Notes: generated by a model from the letters alone, not told the origin. A DNA stretch of 64,000 bases from Selaginella moellendorffii (GCF_000143415.4 NW_003314380.1:355061-419060), one strand, 5' to 3'. Shown: positions 1-14,348, counted from the first letter of the stretch. Translations and numbers: made by a program.

Positions 1-595
1 TTTTCGGTCCCCCCAAGTCCCTTTCTGTCCATGGCCATGTTCACCAGCACTACCACTAAGTCAAGGCCCACATGCCCGACCACCAAGTCCCACTATCCTC
101 TAGGACTTCCTCATTGTGTGACCGTATATTTGGTTACCACCCCAGAGGACCACTCCTCTTCCTTTTCATAGTCCGGGATTTTGGGACAACATTTCGGAAC
201 ACCGTAGCCCTCTGTGAGCCTTATGGGTACTCTCCCCGCCTTCCGCCTTTGGGTGCTTTAGCTATGGGATTAGAGTGAGGTTCCATTGAGCCACACTAGG
301 TATCCAAGTAAGTAGTGCCATCCACACTTGGTTTAGGAGTATTGACTATTCAATCTCTCAGGGGAACTAGGGCTGACTCTTAAACACTTCACCAAGCTAC
401 CCCACTTGTTGGTCTATATTCACTTTAGCCTTGGACTTCCCAGTGGTTATCTCATCACCCAACAACTGGGTATGGCCTTTCTAGGCCATATTAGCCTTTC
501 CTGGCCAAACTGGCTTCATTGGGGTCCAACCCCTACTATACTTTTGGAGCTCACCAAACCCCCTAGGGTTTGGGAGATGAACGCTTTGGGCTTTC

Positions 596-850
596 ACCCT
601 CGGACTCGAATTTGGACTCGGACTTGGACTTAGACTCGAACTCGGCTTTAGCGTCAGTCTCGGTCTCGGTCTCGGTCTCAGTCTTGATCTCAGTTTTGAT
701 TCCATCTCAGACTCCATCTCAGTCCATCTCGGACTCTATCTCGGTCCATCTCGGACTCCATCTCGGATTTCATCTCGGGTCCATCTTGGACTCCATCTCG
801 GACTCCATCTCAATCCATCTCGAACTCCATCTCAGGTCCATCTTGGGTTC
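596..850. repeat. Degenerate hexamer-type low-complexity repeat (GACTCG/GTCTCG/CTCCAT units)
   Basis: Runs such as ggactcgaatttggactcggacttggact, gtctcggtctcggtctcggtctc and repeated ggactccatctc; explains the spurious SISD/RPRP ORFs. Confidence 0.75.
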
Positions 851-985
851 TTTTGTGTCCCTTTTCTAGAGACTCTCTTATTGCTCGTTTCATGCTCGTT
901 CCTTGAGCACTCTGTTGGGAGTTCCACTCCTCTCGACTCTTCAAGTTAGAGCTTTTAGTCCAAACGTATTACGCTCATTTGGCTT

Positions 986-2186
986 TTGCTTCGGCCACTA
1001 CCACGTGGCACCCTTTTGGCTCCACTTTGGGGCTTAGGTATTTGTGTCTCACATTAGGAACTTGGACGTTTGGTGTGCTTGGTTGCTTGTGCTTGCATGG
1101 AGTGTAGCCAAACTTTAAGTCCAATTTAACCCGAGGAAGGGGATTGGGAGAGTTTTGGGAATTTGTGGATGGATGGCTAACACTCTGTTGCTCGTGCAGT
1201 GAGTTGCTAAAACCAAGTAGGACTAAATAGGAGCTGGTACAATAGGCGGGAACATTAGCAAAGGAACTTAACTAAGGTCAAGGCCGTGGTGGTCAGATAG
1301 ACAAGGTAAGCTAGCAAATTGGAAAGAAAAAAATTGTGGCTTACAAGCCACTACCATATGACACCCTTTTGGCTCCTCTTTGGGGCCTAGGTATTTTATG
1401 TCTCACACTTTTAAGAAAACTAAACTAGCTCATTCACATTGAGTTCACCGATTGTTGGGTCATCTTTTAACCCCAATCATAGATCTAGCCTTCAAATACA
1501 AACTCATAAAGCTACAATTCCAAACTTAATTACTAGAGAAAATGGGGAGGACCCTTGATATTTCACCCTCGCAAGGTTTTTGTACAACCATTTGGAATAT
1601 TTTGAGAACCAAAATTTCCTCTCCCTATCTCTCAAGACGCCCATGGCTGCAACTAGAGAATAGAAGTAAGAGTAAGATTGGGAGCAGAAGTAGTAGTAGG
1701 ACTAGGAGTAAGAGTAAGAGCGGGAGTAGGAGTAGGGGTAGAAGTAGAAGTAAGAGTGATCTCTCTAGCTACAACATGTGATGCAAAGAGAAGGCAACAA
1801 TGAGTTAGTGTTGCAACACTCGAAGTAAGCGATGCACCCAAGCCTTTGGATTTAGAAGGTTCTATAATCAAGTTTTGTTATACCTATGCATATAAGGAAT
1901 TTGGAAGCTTGGTGTACTTAGCTATTTATGCCAATAGTGAGTGTAGTTGAACCTTAAGTCCAGTCTAACCTAAGGAGGGGGATTAAAAGAAAAATTTAGG
2001 ACTCTGTAGATGGATGGCTAACACCCCATTGTTCATATAGTGAATAGTTGAATCCAAGTAAAACCAAGTAAAAGTTGGTGCAATAAGTAGGGACCTTAGC
2101 CAGGGAACTTAATTAAAGCCAAGGCAAAAGTGGTTGAATAAAAGAGGTAAGTTGGCAAATTAGAAAGGAAATATTTATGGCTTACA
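986..2186 (-). mobile_element. Degenerate LTR-like repeat remnants, two interleaved direct-repeat families
   Basis: About 986-1052 matches about 1349-1408 (ccactacca...gtctcaca). About 1100-1345 matches about 1940-2186 (gagtgtag...ggcttaca). Both families read TGT... at their minus-strand starts. No pol ORF seen. Confidence 0.45.
1655..1760. repeat. Purine-rich (AGTAGR/AGTAAG)n degenerate microsatellite
   Basis: agaagtaagagtaag...agtagtagtaggactaggagtaagagtaag...agtaggagtaggggtagaagtagaagtaag. Confidence 0.7.
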
Positions 2187-5100
2187 TTAAATTCCAAGCC
2201 CTTTGTGCAACAAAATCAAGATCTAGTATACACTTAATATTTCCTATGAGCACCAACTCCCCATATCTAGCTCTTGCATGTAAAATAATATCAAACAGTG
2301 TTTAGCCCAATTTTGGCATACTGGTGGCTTATAACAAAGAGGTGAGTACCCCACTGACTAGAGCAATATAGAACTTGAGTTTATTCCCAAGTTAGACACA
2401 AAATAAAGAGCAATATAGCCTAGCAAGAGCCAAACTAATAACTCAAATGGTCAACAATACTTCTAAACACTATCCCTACTATACATTTAAAACCCCCCAC
2501 AACCCCTCATCCCTCACCCTAGAAAAATGCATGCTTTTGGGCTTTCACCCCAATCTCAAGAATTAATTTATGGGATAAGCTTGAAAATTTACTAGATATG
2601 GAATAGAACTAAATTGTGAATTAGGATGTGGGAACAACACCATGGGATTGATGACATTCTCTACATTATATAGATATGCCTTTTAGACAAATCTAAACAC
2701 TTACTATAAATAGCACAAAGGACTAGAATGGAACTAATATATAGGGCATGATAATGAGGATGTTTGGTGGACACAACAAGTTATTATATAGCATTATTGA
2801 TGAACTAGACTCAATATATGAGGGTTCTTGTCATTAGCTAATACAACATGTTTAGCTAATAATATATAAAAAAATTCCACCCTTATGCTTGTTTGGTCTA
2901 AGTACACTTAAAATGTCCAAGCACAAGAGGGGCCAATAATAAAGTGGTTCACGACCTTTTGCCATTATGGCAAAAGAGAGAGTGTAATACTTCTAAGATT
3001 AATATCATAAGCATATATATACAAGATGAAAGGTCGAGTGTAGTTAGGATATTTTAAAACTAAAAGAATCATCAACACATCTTTGAGATCCGTAAATGTC
3101 TACTCACAATCCTTAGACCAAATGAAAGACACAAATGAACCACTTACAATGTAAGCCATATAAGAAATGAATTAAAAGCAATTACTTAGATAAATCCACC
3201 AATTTACAATTATGATTCACTAGTAGTTTGTTTAGATTGTCTTTTAGCAAACCTCTTGATATTGTATATTATGATTAGCTCTTGGGGAACCCTAAATCCA
3301 TATCCTTAAAATTTGCAACTTCTTAAATACTATATAAATATTACTAGAGCTTTTGTTTGGTAGTTATTAACATCTTTCTTTGGTTTTTCTTTTTAGAATT
3401 GTGAAATTTTGGAATTTGGTGAATATGAAGTTCTACTTGGACTTTTAATATAAAAAAATACAATAAGAGTATTAGGAAATCCTCTTGGTTGGAACTTTGG
3501 ACACATTTAGAAAGATTGTTGTTGAAAAGAAACAAATTAATATCCTTGCAAGGACTTTATATTGCCAAAGTAGCCTAATGTTCTACAGATTCTAGCATCT
3601 TTGTCAAGCTCTTCTAGTCAAGCTGGCCAAACTCATTAGTCTATTGGTATTTAAAAGTGCCCTTATAATAAAGTTGGTTGGACTCACTAGTCCCTTAGGG
3701 GGTTTTTTCTGAAATCCAAAAGCACTCGATTCCTCATGGTTGTCAAGAGTCCATAATAGAAGCACATGATTTTTAACTCTATGGCTTTCTTCTAGCCAAT
3801 TCACCAAATTCACCTAAGTGTTAGGACCAAAAATTACACAATAAGTAGAATATTGACCACATACCATCTACAAGATCTCTTCTAATTATGAGGTCTATAG
3901 GCAAAAATTTAAAACTATAGTTGAAATATGAAGAACAAAGAAGCAATTAAAAACACAAAAGCTTTGATTTTCTTACTTTCCCAAACATTTTAATTAGCAA
4001 TGTTAATCTAACTTTTCTTTGATCCCTTGGGCAGTTTTCCACCATAAAGGATCAAAGGACAATAGTAATATTGATGGGAGAGGGAGACAAAATACAAAAG
4101 AAGGCCTTAGGAAAAATAAAGAATAATTGAGTAAGTGAGTGCTGTGATGGAAAATAATATTGGCATTGCTGATGATGTTGGTGTTAAGGAGGACAAACCT
4201 CTACATAGCCATGATATTTAACATTATAGTAGGGAAGTTTTAATCCTTAGGTAGCAATGTTTCTTTGTATTCACTCATGTTGGTGTTGTTGGAGTTTTTG
4301 CTTCACATAAATATCCTATTTAAATACCATGATTTATTAAAAAATACAGAAACCATATCTTTAATCTACTTTTAAATCAATTTTTATTTATTTAAAATAT
4401 GAAAAAATTATTACTTTTATTGTAAAAATTACTATAAAGTTTTTAACATTAATTGGTATGTTGAGAATTTTAAAATATCATTAGTTTAATATGTTTTAGA
4501 TAAAATATATATTATTATCAGCTAATGCAATTGTAAGAAATTTAGTAGTTGTATACCAGTCTGGTGTTATGCTTTAAGAATACCTTTATATTGTGTGTGT
4601 GTGTAACTAAATATAGATTACTCTATAATATTTTCTCAAAAAAACATAAAATAGTGAAACTAATAAAAATTTATTACCAATAAAAATTTTCTTTAAATAT
4701 TAGAATTCTTGATTTCATAGATTTTAAGAACCCATAATAATATAAACTTGGATTACAAAATATGGAAAATATGGAGAATTCTCAATTTAATCAATATTTG
4801 ATTAGAAAATGGAAAAACAAATCCAGCTCAGGAAAATAATATATTACATAGTTTGCTCCAGAGGCATTACCATCACATAGCATGTAAATTTGAACCGACC
4901 CGACCAAATGAACGATCTTCAATCCACTGGGAGTTTAGCAACTCCACCTGTGAAATAAAAAGAACGAAACAAGAAAAAACAATGATGCGAGTCATACTAT
5001 TAACAAGAACCTCCAGTGGTTCTGGGAAAAAGCAAAATCACATGAGACTAGAAGAATTCCAAAGCCTTTGAAGACGTGCACGTTGATAAAGGACGCTTTG

Positions 5101-6479
5101 CCTTAAATCTCCTGTGGGGTAACGATGGTGATAGCGAAGGTGTTCGACTTTCTAGGCACCCAGGCACAACGACACCACGACACCACGACACCACGTTAGA
5201 GCAAGAACTCAGGAGCTAATATGTACGCACCTCCAGTTGTTCCATATGGTATAAAGCCATTTGACTTGGTCTAGAAGGTCATAAGCGGATGAAAAGGCTT
5301 GCCCACCTCCTTCCAGACAGTCAAAGTTGTTACCATTGTCTGCATGTCGCCACCAATCAAACTTGTAAGAATCCTGTATGTGAGCATCAAAGAAAGCTTC
5401 AAATCGTAAACGAGAGTCTAAAGGCCATTGCATTTGTAACAGTTGGCGAGAGACTTGCCTTCACCTCTGCAATTTCTTGCACTTAGTTTGATAAATAGAT
5501 CAGCATTGCAACTTTTTACCAGCCTCCACATACAAGCACTCTTTTAGATACTCTTGTATAGGAAATTTATAAGTAGAAACACTTGTCTTTGTTTGGTTAT
5601 TATAAATAAAAGTTCCTACTAAGTTAGGGGGACAAACTGATCAGGAATCCTTGCAAACGTACAAGAAGATCCACGATGTTAGAGACAAGTCTACAGATTG
5701 CAAATACTCGGCCTACATGGTAAAGTTCACGAGTTTTTCGGGGGATGCCTTGCCAAGCGGCCGCGCCGCCAAGCCCTAGCGTGCTCTAGCTAGGATCAAA
5801 GTCGGATCTCGGACCTTTCAGAGATTGAAACATTATAAATTTGAACATTAAATCATCGTTTTTACAGCTAAATCAAAGAAAATGATATGAAATGGGCGAA
5901 CTTAAAACTTCGATTTTTCAACCTGCTGCCCCTGCTTGGTTTAAGAAATTTTTCGTCTTTAAGCTGCTCAATCTTTGCTGTTCGATCTTAGCTGTTTCAG
6001 CCTGCTCCCTTTCTCTCCAAGTTTTAAAATCATCTTATAGTTTTCCATTCCCACTTGCTCGATTCTTATGATCTCTGACGCTGGTTTTATCTTTCGCTGC
6101 TTCAAGTCCTGCTCCACCGTCATTTACATATTATGATCTGGACCAAGTTGGCAGTCAGATTATTTTCCAAATAGAAAAGAAACATAATCTCTCAAGGTTG
6201 TACTCACAAGTTGGCCAGAATAAGCAGCTCCTTAGCGTAGTCTCTGAGATGTTTTATTTATTTAGTCTCGAAGAGACGGCCTCCTACGATCTGGAGCAAG
6301 TTGGAGCTCAGAAGATATTCCACCAGAGGAGAAAATTAAAAAACAAAAAAAATACCATAGGATTTGTTGCTGATACTAAAGGAGCTACCATCACAATTTG
6401 TGTGTCGCTGCAGCTTGCTTCTTCTGTTTAACAACACGGATGAAATGAATGGAAGAGGAAAAAACGAATGACTCTACGT

Positions 6480-8900
6480 ACCCTCAGTCCAGATTGCTCG
6501 ATTGTAAAGGTGGCCATTGAACCTCTGAATCGCTTTGCACCAGCTTCCACGTTCCATGAAGCTCGTCCGATCTTCTGTCTTTATGACTGTTGCTTCGTCT
6601 TAGAGTTCGCTCCAGCTCTTGTAGTCTCCGCATGTCAGAGGCGAACATCAGCCGTTTTTCAGTCTTTGTGAAGCCGAACCTCTGGCTCCACCGCCACAAG
6701 CAGTTTCTTCAAGTTCGAGATCATCTTGCCATCATCATCTTCTATCATCCAAGCACCTGTAAGAGTGATCCTGGACAGAATTGAAGCTCTTGTCCCGTTT
6801 CTGTCAACTAGAGAGCTTTGTCTTGATCCGTCTTGGCATCTCACCTTCTCCTTCATCTCGCTGTTCCCCTGCCGACGTTTGATGGACTCTGCTCCACTCG
6901 GCTGGCTGACTGCTCCGATCTCGGCCACCGTCTCGGCGAGCTCCGCTTGAGAAGCCCAGATCTTGACAAAATTATCTGCTATCTCCCGATTGATCAAGAT
7001 ATCTCCAACACTTTGGAGTCGAGGGACAATATCTCCTCGAAGAGGTTGATCTTCTCTTGACTTCGAAGTGTGGAGACTGGTCTCTGGCGCTTTGGAGGCT
7101 TGCTACTGCTTCCCTGTGCTGCTCGAGCTGTTGCACCTCCGTTCTGGATTTGACTCTCGAGAGCTGGTTACTTCTTGAACTTCCATTCTCGTTTCTTCGA
7201 CGTGCTTAGAACCTCTGACAGTTAGGGAATGCTTCCGCCACTTCAGACCTTGATCGTGCTGAGAAGCTTGAGCGGAAGCATGCAAAAACACAGCTTCCTG
7301 CAAAGCCAGATGCTCCTTCTTGTCGCATGTAGCGTCCATCTGATCCGTCAAACCTCTGGAGCTCGGCACTCCATGTGCTCTCTCCTCGGCTTGTCTTCTT
7401 CATCCTTCAGAGCTCCTCGCCCAAAGCTTTCCTTTGCATCTGGCACGTCTCTCTCTCCTCCAGCGCCTTGAGCCCCGTGATCCTCTCCATCAGCTGCCAG
7501 TTACTTGCTTCTCCAGCCTCGCCTTTGCGCTTCCAAACTCCGCCATCCTCTTCTCGACGTGCTCTCGTTGAGAGCTCCACCTCGTGCAACGGATTCGACT
7601 CCGTCAGCCATTATCCCCTGGGGCTTCTCCTTCAAGAACTCCTGTCCGAACACTTCCCTCATTCCACCAGATGACAGAGAACGTCTAGCGTAGTCTGTCT
7701 TATAGTCTCCGCAGCCATCCGAAACCCCAGTCACGAGCAGCTTCAGCTATATCGTCTTCTCGCCATCTTGCAGCCATCTGACACTGGTTTACGTCGTTCC
7801 TCGCTACTATCATGGACAGCCTTACCGCAGCAGGCGCTCCTGAATCATCTCCGTCCACTGGAAAGCCAATAAGATAGATCCCTCCTTGCTCCAGACACTG
7901 TAGAGTGTAGCCCAACTTGATCCATTGATCTTCTCTTGACTTAGAAGAGTGTGGAGGCGGGTCTCTGGCCTGTTTAGACGCCGAAGTTTGATGGACTCTG
8001 CTGCACTTCCAGCCGACTGCTCCGCCTGGAGCCTCGTCAACCGCCGCTTTCGACTCTCCATCTCGACCACCATCTGGGACAGCTCCGAAACTTTCAATTC
8101 CAGTCGTTGATCTTCTCTCGACTTAGAGTGTGGAGACTGGTCTCTAGCTCAGACTTGACGCTTTAGTGACCTGCTACTGTGGTGCTCGACTTGCTTGGAT
8201 ATTTGGCCACAGCTCCGAGTTTTCCCGCTCCAACTTTTGGATTTGATTTCCCTTGAAGCAATCTGACACTGAGTTCTTTGCTGATACTTTCATCCGAGCA
8301 GCTGTACGAGTATTCCTGGACAGCCCTGACCCGTTTTCAAAGTCTCCGTCAACTAGAGAGCTCTACCAGATGACAGAGAACGTCGAGCGTAGTCTGTCTT
8401 ATAGTCTCTGCAGCCCTCTCTGTGAATCCGAATACCCCCACCGTCACGAGCAGCTTCAGCTATATCATATTCTCGCTATCACCATCTCGTTGCAGTCGTT
8501 CCTTTGCTACTATTCCTTCAAGCTGTGAACATTATACCGCAGCAGTATCTCCTGTCTCATCTCCGTCGACTGGAAAGCTGATAAGATAGATCCCTCCTTG
8601 CTCCAGACACTGTAGAGTGTAGTCAAACTTGATCCATTGATCTTCTCTTGTAGAAGAGTGTGGAGGTTGGTCGCTGGCCTGTTTAGACGCCTGAAGTGTG
8701 ATGGACTTCTCCACCTGGAGCCCCGAGACATGGTCATCACGCTTTCACGTCTTGGACAGCTGCAAATCTTTGGAGTCCTCGAGAAGGTCGATCGTCTCTC
8801 AACTTAACTGGTCTATAGCTTTAGTGGCCTCCTACTGTGATGCTCAACTTGCTTGGAGATCCAACTTCTGGATTTGACTCTTGAGAGTTGGCTTCTCCGA
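6480..8900 (-). pseudogene. Mosaic of duplicated, frameshifted fragments of a lineage-specific gene family related to the 3' part of the 8903-10600 gene
   Basis: About 7664-8200 is duplicated at about 8363-8860 (both encode YTLQCLEQGGIYLI.FPVDGD). Module gatcttctctYgact..agtgtggag recurs near 7048, 7927, 8110 and 8638. gtcttagagttcgctccagc occurs at about 6597 and 9044. No continuous ORF. Confidence 0.55.
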
Positions 8901-8902
8901 TG

Positions 8903-10600
8903 CTAGAGTCCGAGCACTGGCCTCCAATTGACCAATCCTTGCAGCCAACTTCTGGAGCTCGGAGCCAACTTCATTTCTCGTTTCTTCGACGTGCTTAGAA
9001 CAGTTTGCTCGTGTTCTCTTCTCAGGGAAACCCAGGGTCTAGTCGTCTTAGAGTTCGCTCCAGCCCAGTCGATCATCTTCTCACCATCATGGTTTCGACA
9101 AAACAAACACTCATCGTTCACTCCAGCTCTCTACAACAAACACGGAAGTTATTAGCAAACGGCCATCTGGAATCTGGAAGGTATATCAAACTTACCTGTC
9201 TCCTCTTGAATTCGGCAACAAAATCTCTCCCCGCACGATCATATAGTTCTTTTGCCTCCTTCACGAAGACCACCTCGCCAGACTGAAGCTTCTTCCACGG
9301 TTTCCTCTCACTCGGGATCCTATCCAGCATTTTCTGGAGCCTCATCATCTTCCGCGCTCGCTTGATCCTCTCTCGGTCGCTGGATTTGCCGTTGAGCTCC
9401 TCGTAAAGCTGCTCGGTGAGTCTGATCAGAATCCGGAGCGCCCTAACACTCCAAGACTTTTCCTCGTACTTTTCCTCTTCTGTTTCCTCGCGCTTTTCCT
9501 CTTCCAAGCTGCGGATCTTCTTCTCGGTTTTTCCCCTCTGGTTTAGCCACCGGTTTGCCTTGTGGAAAGCTTCGAGATACGCGAACTCAACATATCCCCC
9601 TCGGCCATCGCTAAGATGGGTTTCACTCCGCCGTCGGGTGCCGTTGGGAAGAATGTCCTCCGCTGAGGAAGAGAAGCGAACCATCTTCGGCCTGGAACCT
9701 GCAAGTCCAGAAGGCCATCGTGAGTCACAGTAGAAGAAGAATGCGAAAAGCAAAAGGAACCATACCTGGACGACGACCCCCGGCTGGCAGTAGAATTGGC
9801 TTGGGTCGCTGCTCCTCCTGCTTGGGCTTGTCATTCTCCTGCTGCTTCATCTTCTCTTGATCGTCTTCCCGTTCCAGCGGCTGCTTGATCGGCTTGATCG
9901 TCTGCTCCTCCTCTTGTTCCAGCTGCTGCTTCATTGGCTTCATCCGCTGCTCCTCCTCCTGTTCCTGCTCTTGCTTCATCGGCTTGATTGGCTTGATCGG
10001 CTGATTCGGCTGATTCTTCTCCTCTCGTTCCAGCTGCGGCTGCTCCTTGTGACCTTGCTCCTGTTTCACCTCGCGCCTGAGTTCCTTCGTCTGATCGGTT
10101 TCTTTCTCCTCCTCGTTCAGCTTCTCTTGCTCCTCCTCGCTCAGCTGCTCAGCTTTCTTCTCTTGCTCCTCCTCCTTCAGCTGCTTCTCGGCTTCGTTTT
10201 CCTCCTCTTCTTCCAGCTTCATCGGCTTCATCTGATCGGCTTCTTTCTCCTCCTCGTTCACCTGCTCGGCTTTCTTCTCTTCCTTCAGCTGCTCCGCTTT
10301 CTTCTCTTGATTCTCCTCTTCGTCCTCCTTCTCTTGTTCCGGCTTGATCGGCTCCTTGTGCCCTTGCTCCTGTCGTATCGCTTCTAAGACGATTTTCACC
10401 TCGCGCCTGAGTTCCTTCAACTTCAAGGCGGCTTCTCCCGAGACAGCCTCACAGACACGATCTTGGACCTTCAGCTTCCAGGCCGCCGCGTCCATGGCTT
10501 CCGGGTGGACCTTGTTGTCGCCCTTGTGCGCCTTTTTTGGTCGGAAGAGAGACCACAAACCTGTGACGCATCCACAGCGCTCCTGCTCTGTTCGCGCCAT
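8903..10600 (-). CDS. Lineage-specific E/K/Q-rich, probably coiled-coil protein; exons 10600-9766, 9698-9196, 9130-8903
   Basis: Two short GT-AG introns (gtatgg...ttgcag and gtaagt...ttgtag) join ORFs 9725-10600, 9118-9834 and 8903-9121 in frame (RRP-G-SRPKM and KRRQ-RAGVNDEC). Internal repeats EKKAEQ and KPIKP. Confidence 0.6.
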
Positions 10601-11954
10601 AGCTTGCCCTTTGCAAAATGCCTTTAATGCCCTAACCCTTACTAAATGTATTTCACATTAATGTATAAATTAGCAATATGCAATCTGGTTAGCAAACACT
10701 TTATAGCTTTTTAAAAATTAAGTTGGAATAATATCAAAATAGCAATTGTTGTGTTTAAGGAAGTAACCATAAACATGTAGGAAACTATCAGATCCCAGAA
10801 GCCATCTATATAACTAAAATCCCATTACAAACACATAGACTAAACATTATAAAATCAATTACCTCCTACAATGCTACAAGACACTTTGGCTGGAAGTGTG
10901 CTTCTGAATGTCTGGATCTAGCCACAAAAAAGTTTGAAAGACAAAAGGAAATCGAATCAATGGGATTTTAGTATCTAGGCTGGCAAGACTTAAGTTAGAA
11001 TCACTCATTCTGGGAATGGAAAGTAATTACATTCCATTTTATCAAGCACTAAGACTTTCACTATCTCTACATCTGCTGTTGCAAAGGGAAATTGTTTGGA
11101 TCACTAATTACTATATTCTACATGGTTTTTAGACCTCAAATTAGAGTCCCTACCTGCTGTAACCATCATAAAAGGGTCCTAAATTAAGTAGCTGATTAAA
11201 GCTGATGTTAATCACAGCCAGGTCTACATTATTCATTCAGTACATGCATTTATATGAGCAATTTGACAATCAACTTGCAAACATGTCACTATAACTTTGT
11301 TTGGAGCTTGGGATCACATCAGAAAATCAAATTATTTAGCCATTTCCTAAGAGTTTGAATAAACATGAACTTTAAGCCTTGGAAGTTACCTCAAGTGTGA
11401 ACTCAAACCATGGGTTGCAGATTCTACCAAGGATTGATCCATCACAAAAACGTTCTGGATGCCATAACACTCCAGTGACCTTAAGGTTGAGAAGAAGCCA
11501 CTTCTCTTGCTGCCACTCACGCCAATCTTGAGCTTGAAACCAGCCTTTTGGAGTGGCCCTTTGACAAGCTTGAGCATTTTGGGGAACTGAAACACCATTG
11601 ACTTGATCGACTTGACACTATTGATTTTCTCAAGCATAGATATTAGTGCATTGATATCTTGGTGCTTAGCTTCACCCTTTCACCCATGATGCTGTTGCAC
11701 GCCTGTAGAGAATACCCTGGAATCCCATGAGAGCGTGCTGGTGGAAATAAAGAGATTGAGGAGCTATGAATCACAGCACTCTAGAAGCAATTCAGCAAGA
11801 AAATCAAAGATATGCAAACCTCCCATTAGCTAAAAGCAAGCATCAACACCATTATTCACTAAGACATGGTTATAAAATGACTTTTTGACAGTTAGGATTT
11901 GATTTTTACATTTGCTAGTATTATTAAATAATCTAATTTATTAATAATTATAAT

Positions 11955-13220
11955 TATAATTTATAAATCAAGATTAACCAACCATTAGATGGTAGAGTAA
12001 ATAAGAATATACTAGGAAGTATTTAGGAAAGTTTATAAATTATAAACATGTTTTATAAAAAATAAATAATACCCATTAAATAGTAGAATATCCTAGAATA
12101 TTTAAGTATATTCTAAGTATATCCACCAGACAAAATTCTAGGGTGAAATAGAACTTTACTTTGAAAGGAAAGTGAGATTTTGTAGCACCGGCTAGCTTGC
12201 TAGACTCTTGAAGCTCAAGTGCCTTGGGCTTGCAAAAATCAGCTCACAGAATACATCCCAAAAGATGTTTACATTTTTCTTGTCTCTCAATTATTTAGAC
12301 TTTGAGTAAAAACCAACTCTAAGAAGTTCAAGCCTACCTTGAGAATTCTTCCAACTTGATTTTGGATCAAATTGACTATAGAGCTAAGTACTAGTATATA
12401 CTAATTGAGCTCAAACAACTTTCTAACCTACACTAGCACGTAGACAGAAAAAAACAAAGAAATGAGATTGTAGCTGTAGTGATTAAATAGTGTTTGACCA
12501 TTTTTGTAGTGTATGGAATTAGAATATACTTTCACTATGAATATTTAGAATATTAAGGAATTTTATGTTTATAATTTATAAAGCAAGATTAATCTTATTG
12601 CATATCAACCATTAGATGGTAAAATAAATAAGAATATACTAGAAAGTGTTTAAGAAACTTTATAAATTATATACATGTCTATAAATTGTAAATACAAGAT
12701 TAATTTAATTAAATAATACCCATTAAATAGTAGAATATCCTTAGGTATATCCACCACCACCATGAAATAGAATACCTCACTTTAAGAGGAAAGTGAGATT
12801 TTGTACACATCTTTATAACATGGTACTAGGCCAGCTCACTAGCCTCTTGAAGCTCAAGTTCCTCAGGCTTGCAAGAATCAACTCACAAAATACATCCCAA
12901 AAGATGTTTACATTCTCTTGTCTCTCAAATATTTAGACTTTGGGTAAGAACTAGCTCTAGGAACTTGTTCCAGCCTGCCTTGAGAATTCTTCCAACTTGA
13001 GAGTGCTTGACTTTGTATCAAACTGGCTATAGAGCTAGGTACTAGTATATACTAATTGAGCTCAAACAACTTTTCTAACCTACACAAACATGAGTTTACT
13101 AGATAGAAAAAAAACAAAGAAATGAGATTGTAGTTGTACTAATTAATTAGTATTTAACCATTTTTGTAGTGCATGGGATTAGAATATACTATCACTATGA
13201 ATCTTTAGAATCTTAAGGAA
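11955..13220. repeat. AT-rich tandem duplication, about 620-650 bp unit x2
   Basis: accattagatggta...aagaatatactag...ggaaagtgagattttgta...cactatgaat.tttagaat.ttaaggaa present at about 11980-12560 and about 12608-13220. Confidence 0.8.
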
Positions 13221-14348
13221 TAAATAGGAAGGGCGTTTTTATCAAGTAATTATCAAGTAAGGGCTCTTTAATGACTTATAATGCTTTGATCTCCAGCTAA
13301 ACATGGTCAATGCACCATCTCATGAAACTCCTTTGCCTACTTATTCCATTTTCACAGACTCCCTCAATGATATTGTTCAAAAAATTTACAAGGTTCTACC
13401 AACTTCTTCAGCTGGAAAGATCTAGTGAGAAAATTAAAGTTAATCTGGAGTATATAACTCGTGATTATCGTGATCGTTTTATCTTCACAGAGCTACTTAG
13501 AACTCTGAGAATGTGAAGTTGTTTTACCTGGTCACACAGGATTTGCGCAGGCTCAAAGTTTTCGTTTGATCGTGATCGATCACTCGGTCCAGGTGGACTG
13601 AAACAATGTTTTACCTGCTGGAGTCAGGCTCATCTGATATGAAGGTTAACGATCCGGCAGCTCCCAAGGACCGGGAGCTACAAACTTTCCAGTAAGAAGC
13701 AGTACGTCTCGATCTAAGCTCGCAAGTTTGTAAGTTAAGTTCCGTGACAAACAGTCGCTACGAACTCCCGACACAGCAAACAATCCATCACTTGAGACCA
13801 CAGCAGCTGAAGAACCATGGCCTCGTGATGGAGAAGCTAAGACTCTCTTGCTCGTGAAGAACACAACTATGCGGGGCCAGGCAACCTCATTGTTCGCTTC
13901 TCACGATGCTCCTGTGGTGGTGTGGTGGTACTATCAAGTCTTCGAAGCGATCACGATGATCACGAGTTATATACTCCAGCGCCGCGCATCCCGGGACATT
14001 TCGGAGCCTGGAGCATCTCCATCGTGCTGCATGCGAGATCGTCACCACCGCCAGCTCTCTCAAGCTCTTCCACTTCCACAACAACAACATGACCGGCGAT
14101 CAAGGAGCCAGATCTCTCGCCAGGCTCGTCGAGAAGGCTGTCCAGCTCGAGAACTTTCGCTTCTCGTCGACTAGAGTTAAGGTGGCGCTGGCTTTGGCCA
14201 TCGCTGCTGGATCCAAGCTCAAAGTTCTTGACTTGTGGTGCTGTGCTTAAATTGAAATGGAAAATTTCAGCCATGTTGAATCTACATTGACCCATAACCA
14301 TGCCATGAAAAAACTTTCCCGGGCTTTGTACATAAGTTAAAGAGCGCT

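Noticed and set aside
2200-4800. Possible decayed transposase or polyprotein sequence
   Set aside because: Only short stop-riddled ORFs; no motif I can support
9857-10387. Leu-rich 176-aa ORF that looks like a membrane protein
   Set aside because: Antisense reading of E/K/Q (GAG/AAG/CAG) codons of the minus-strand gene
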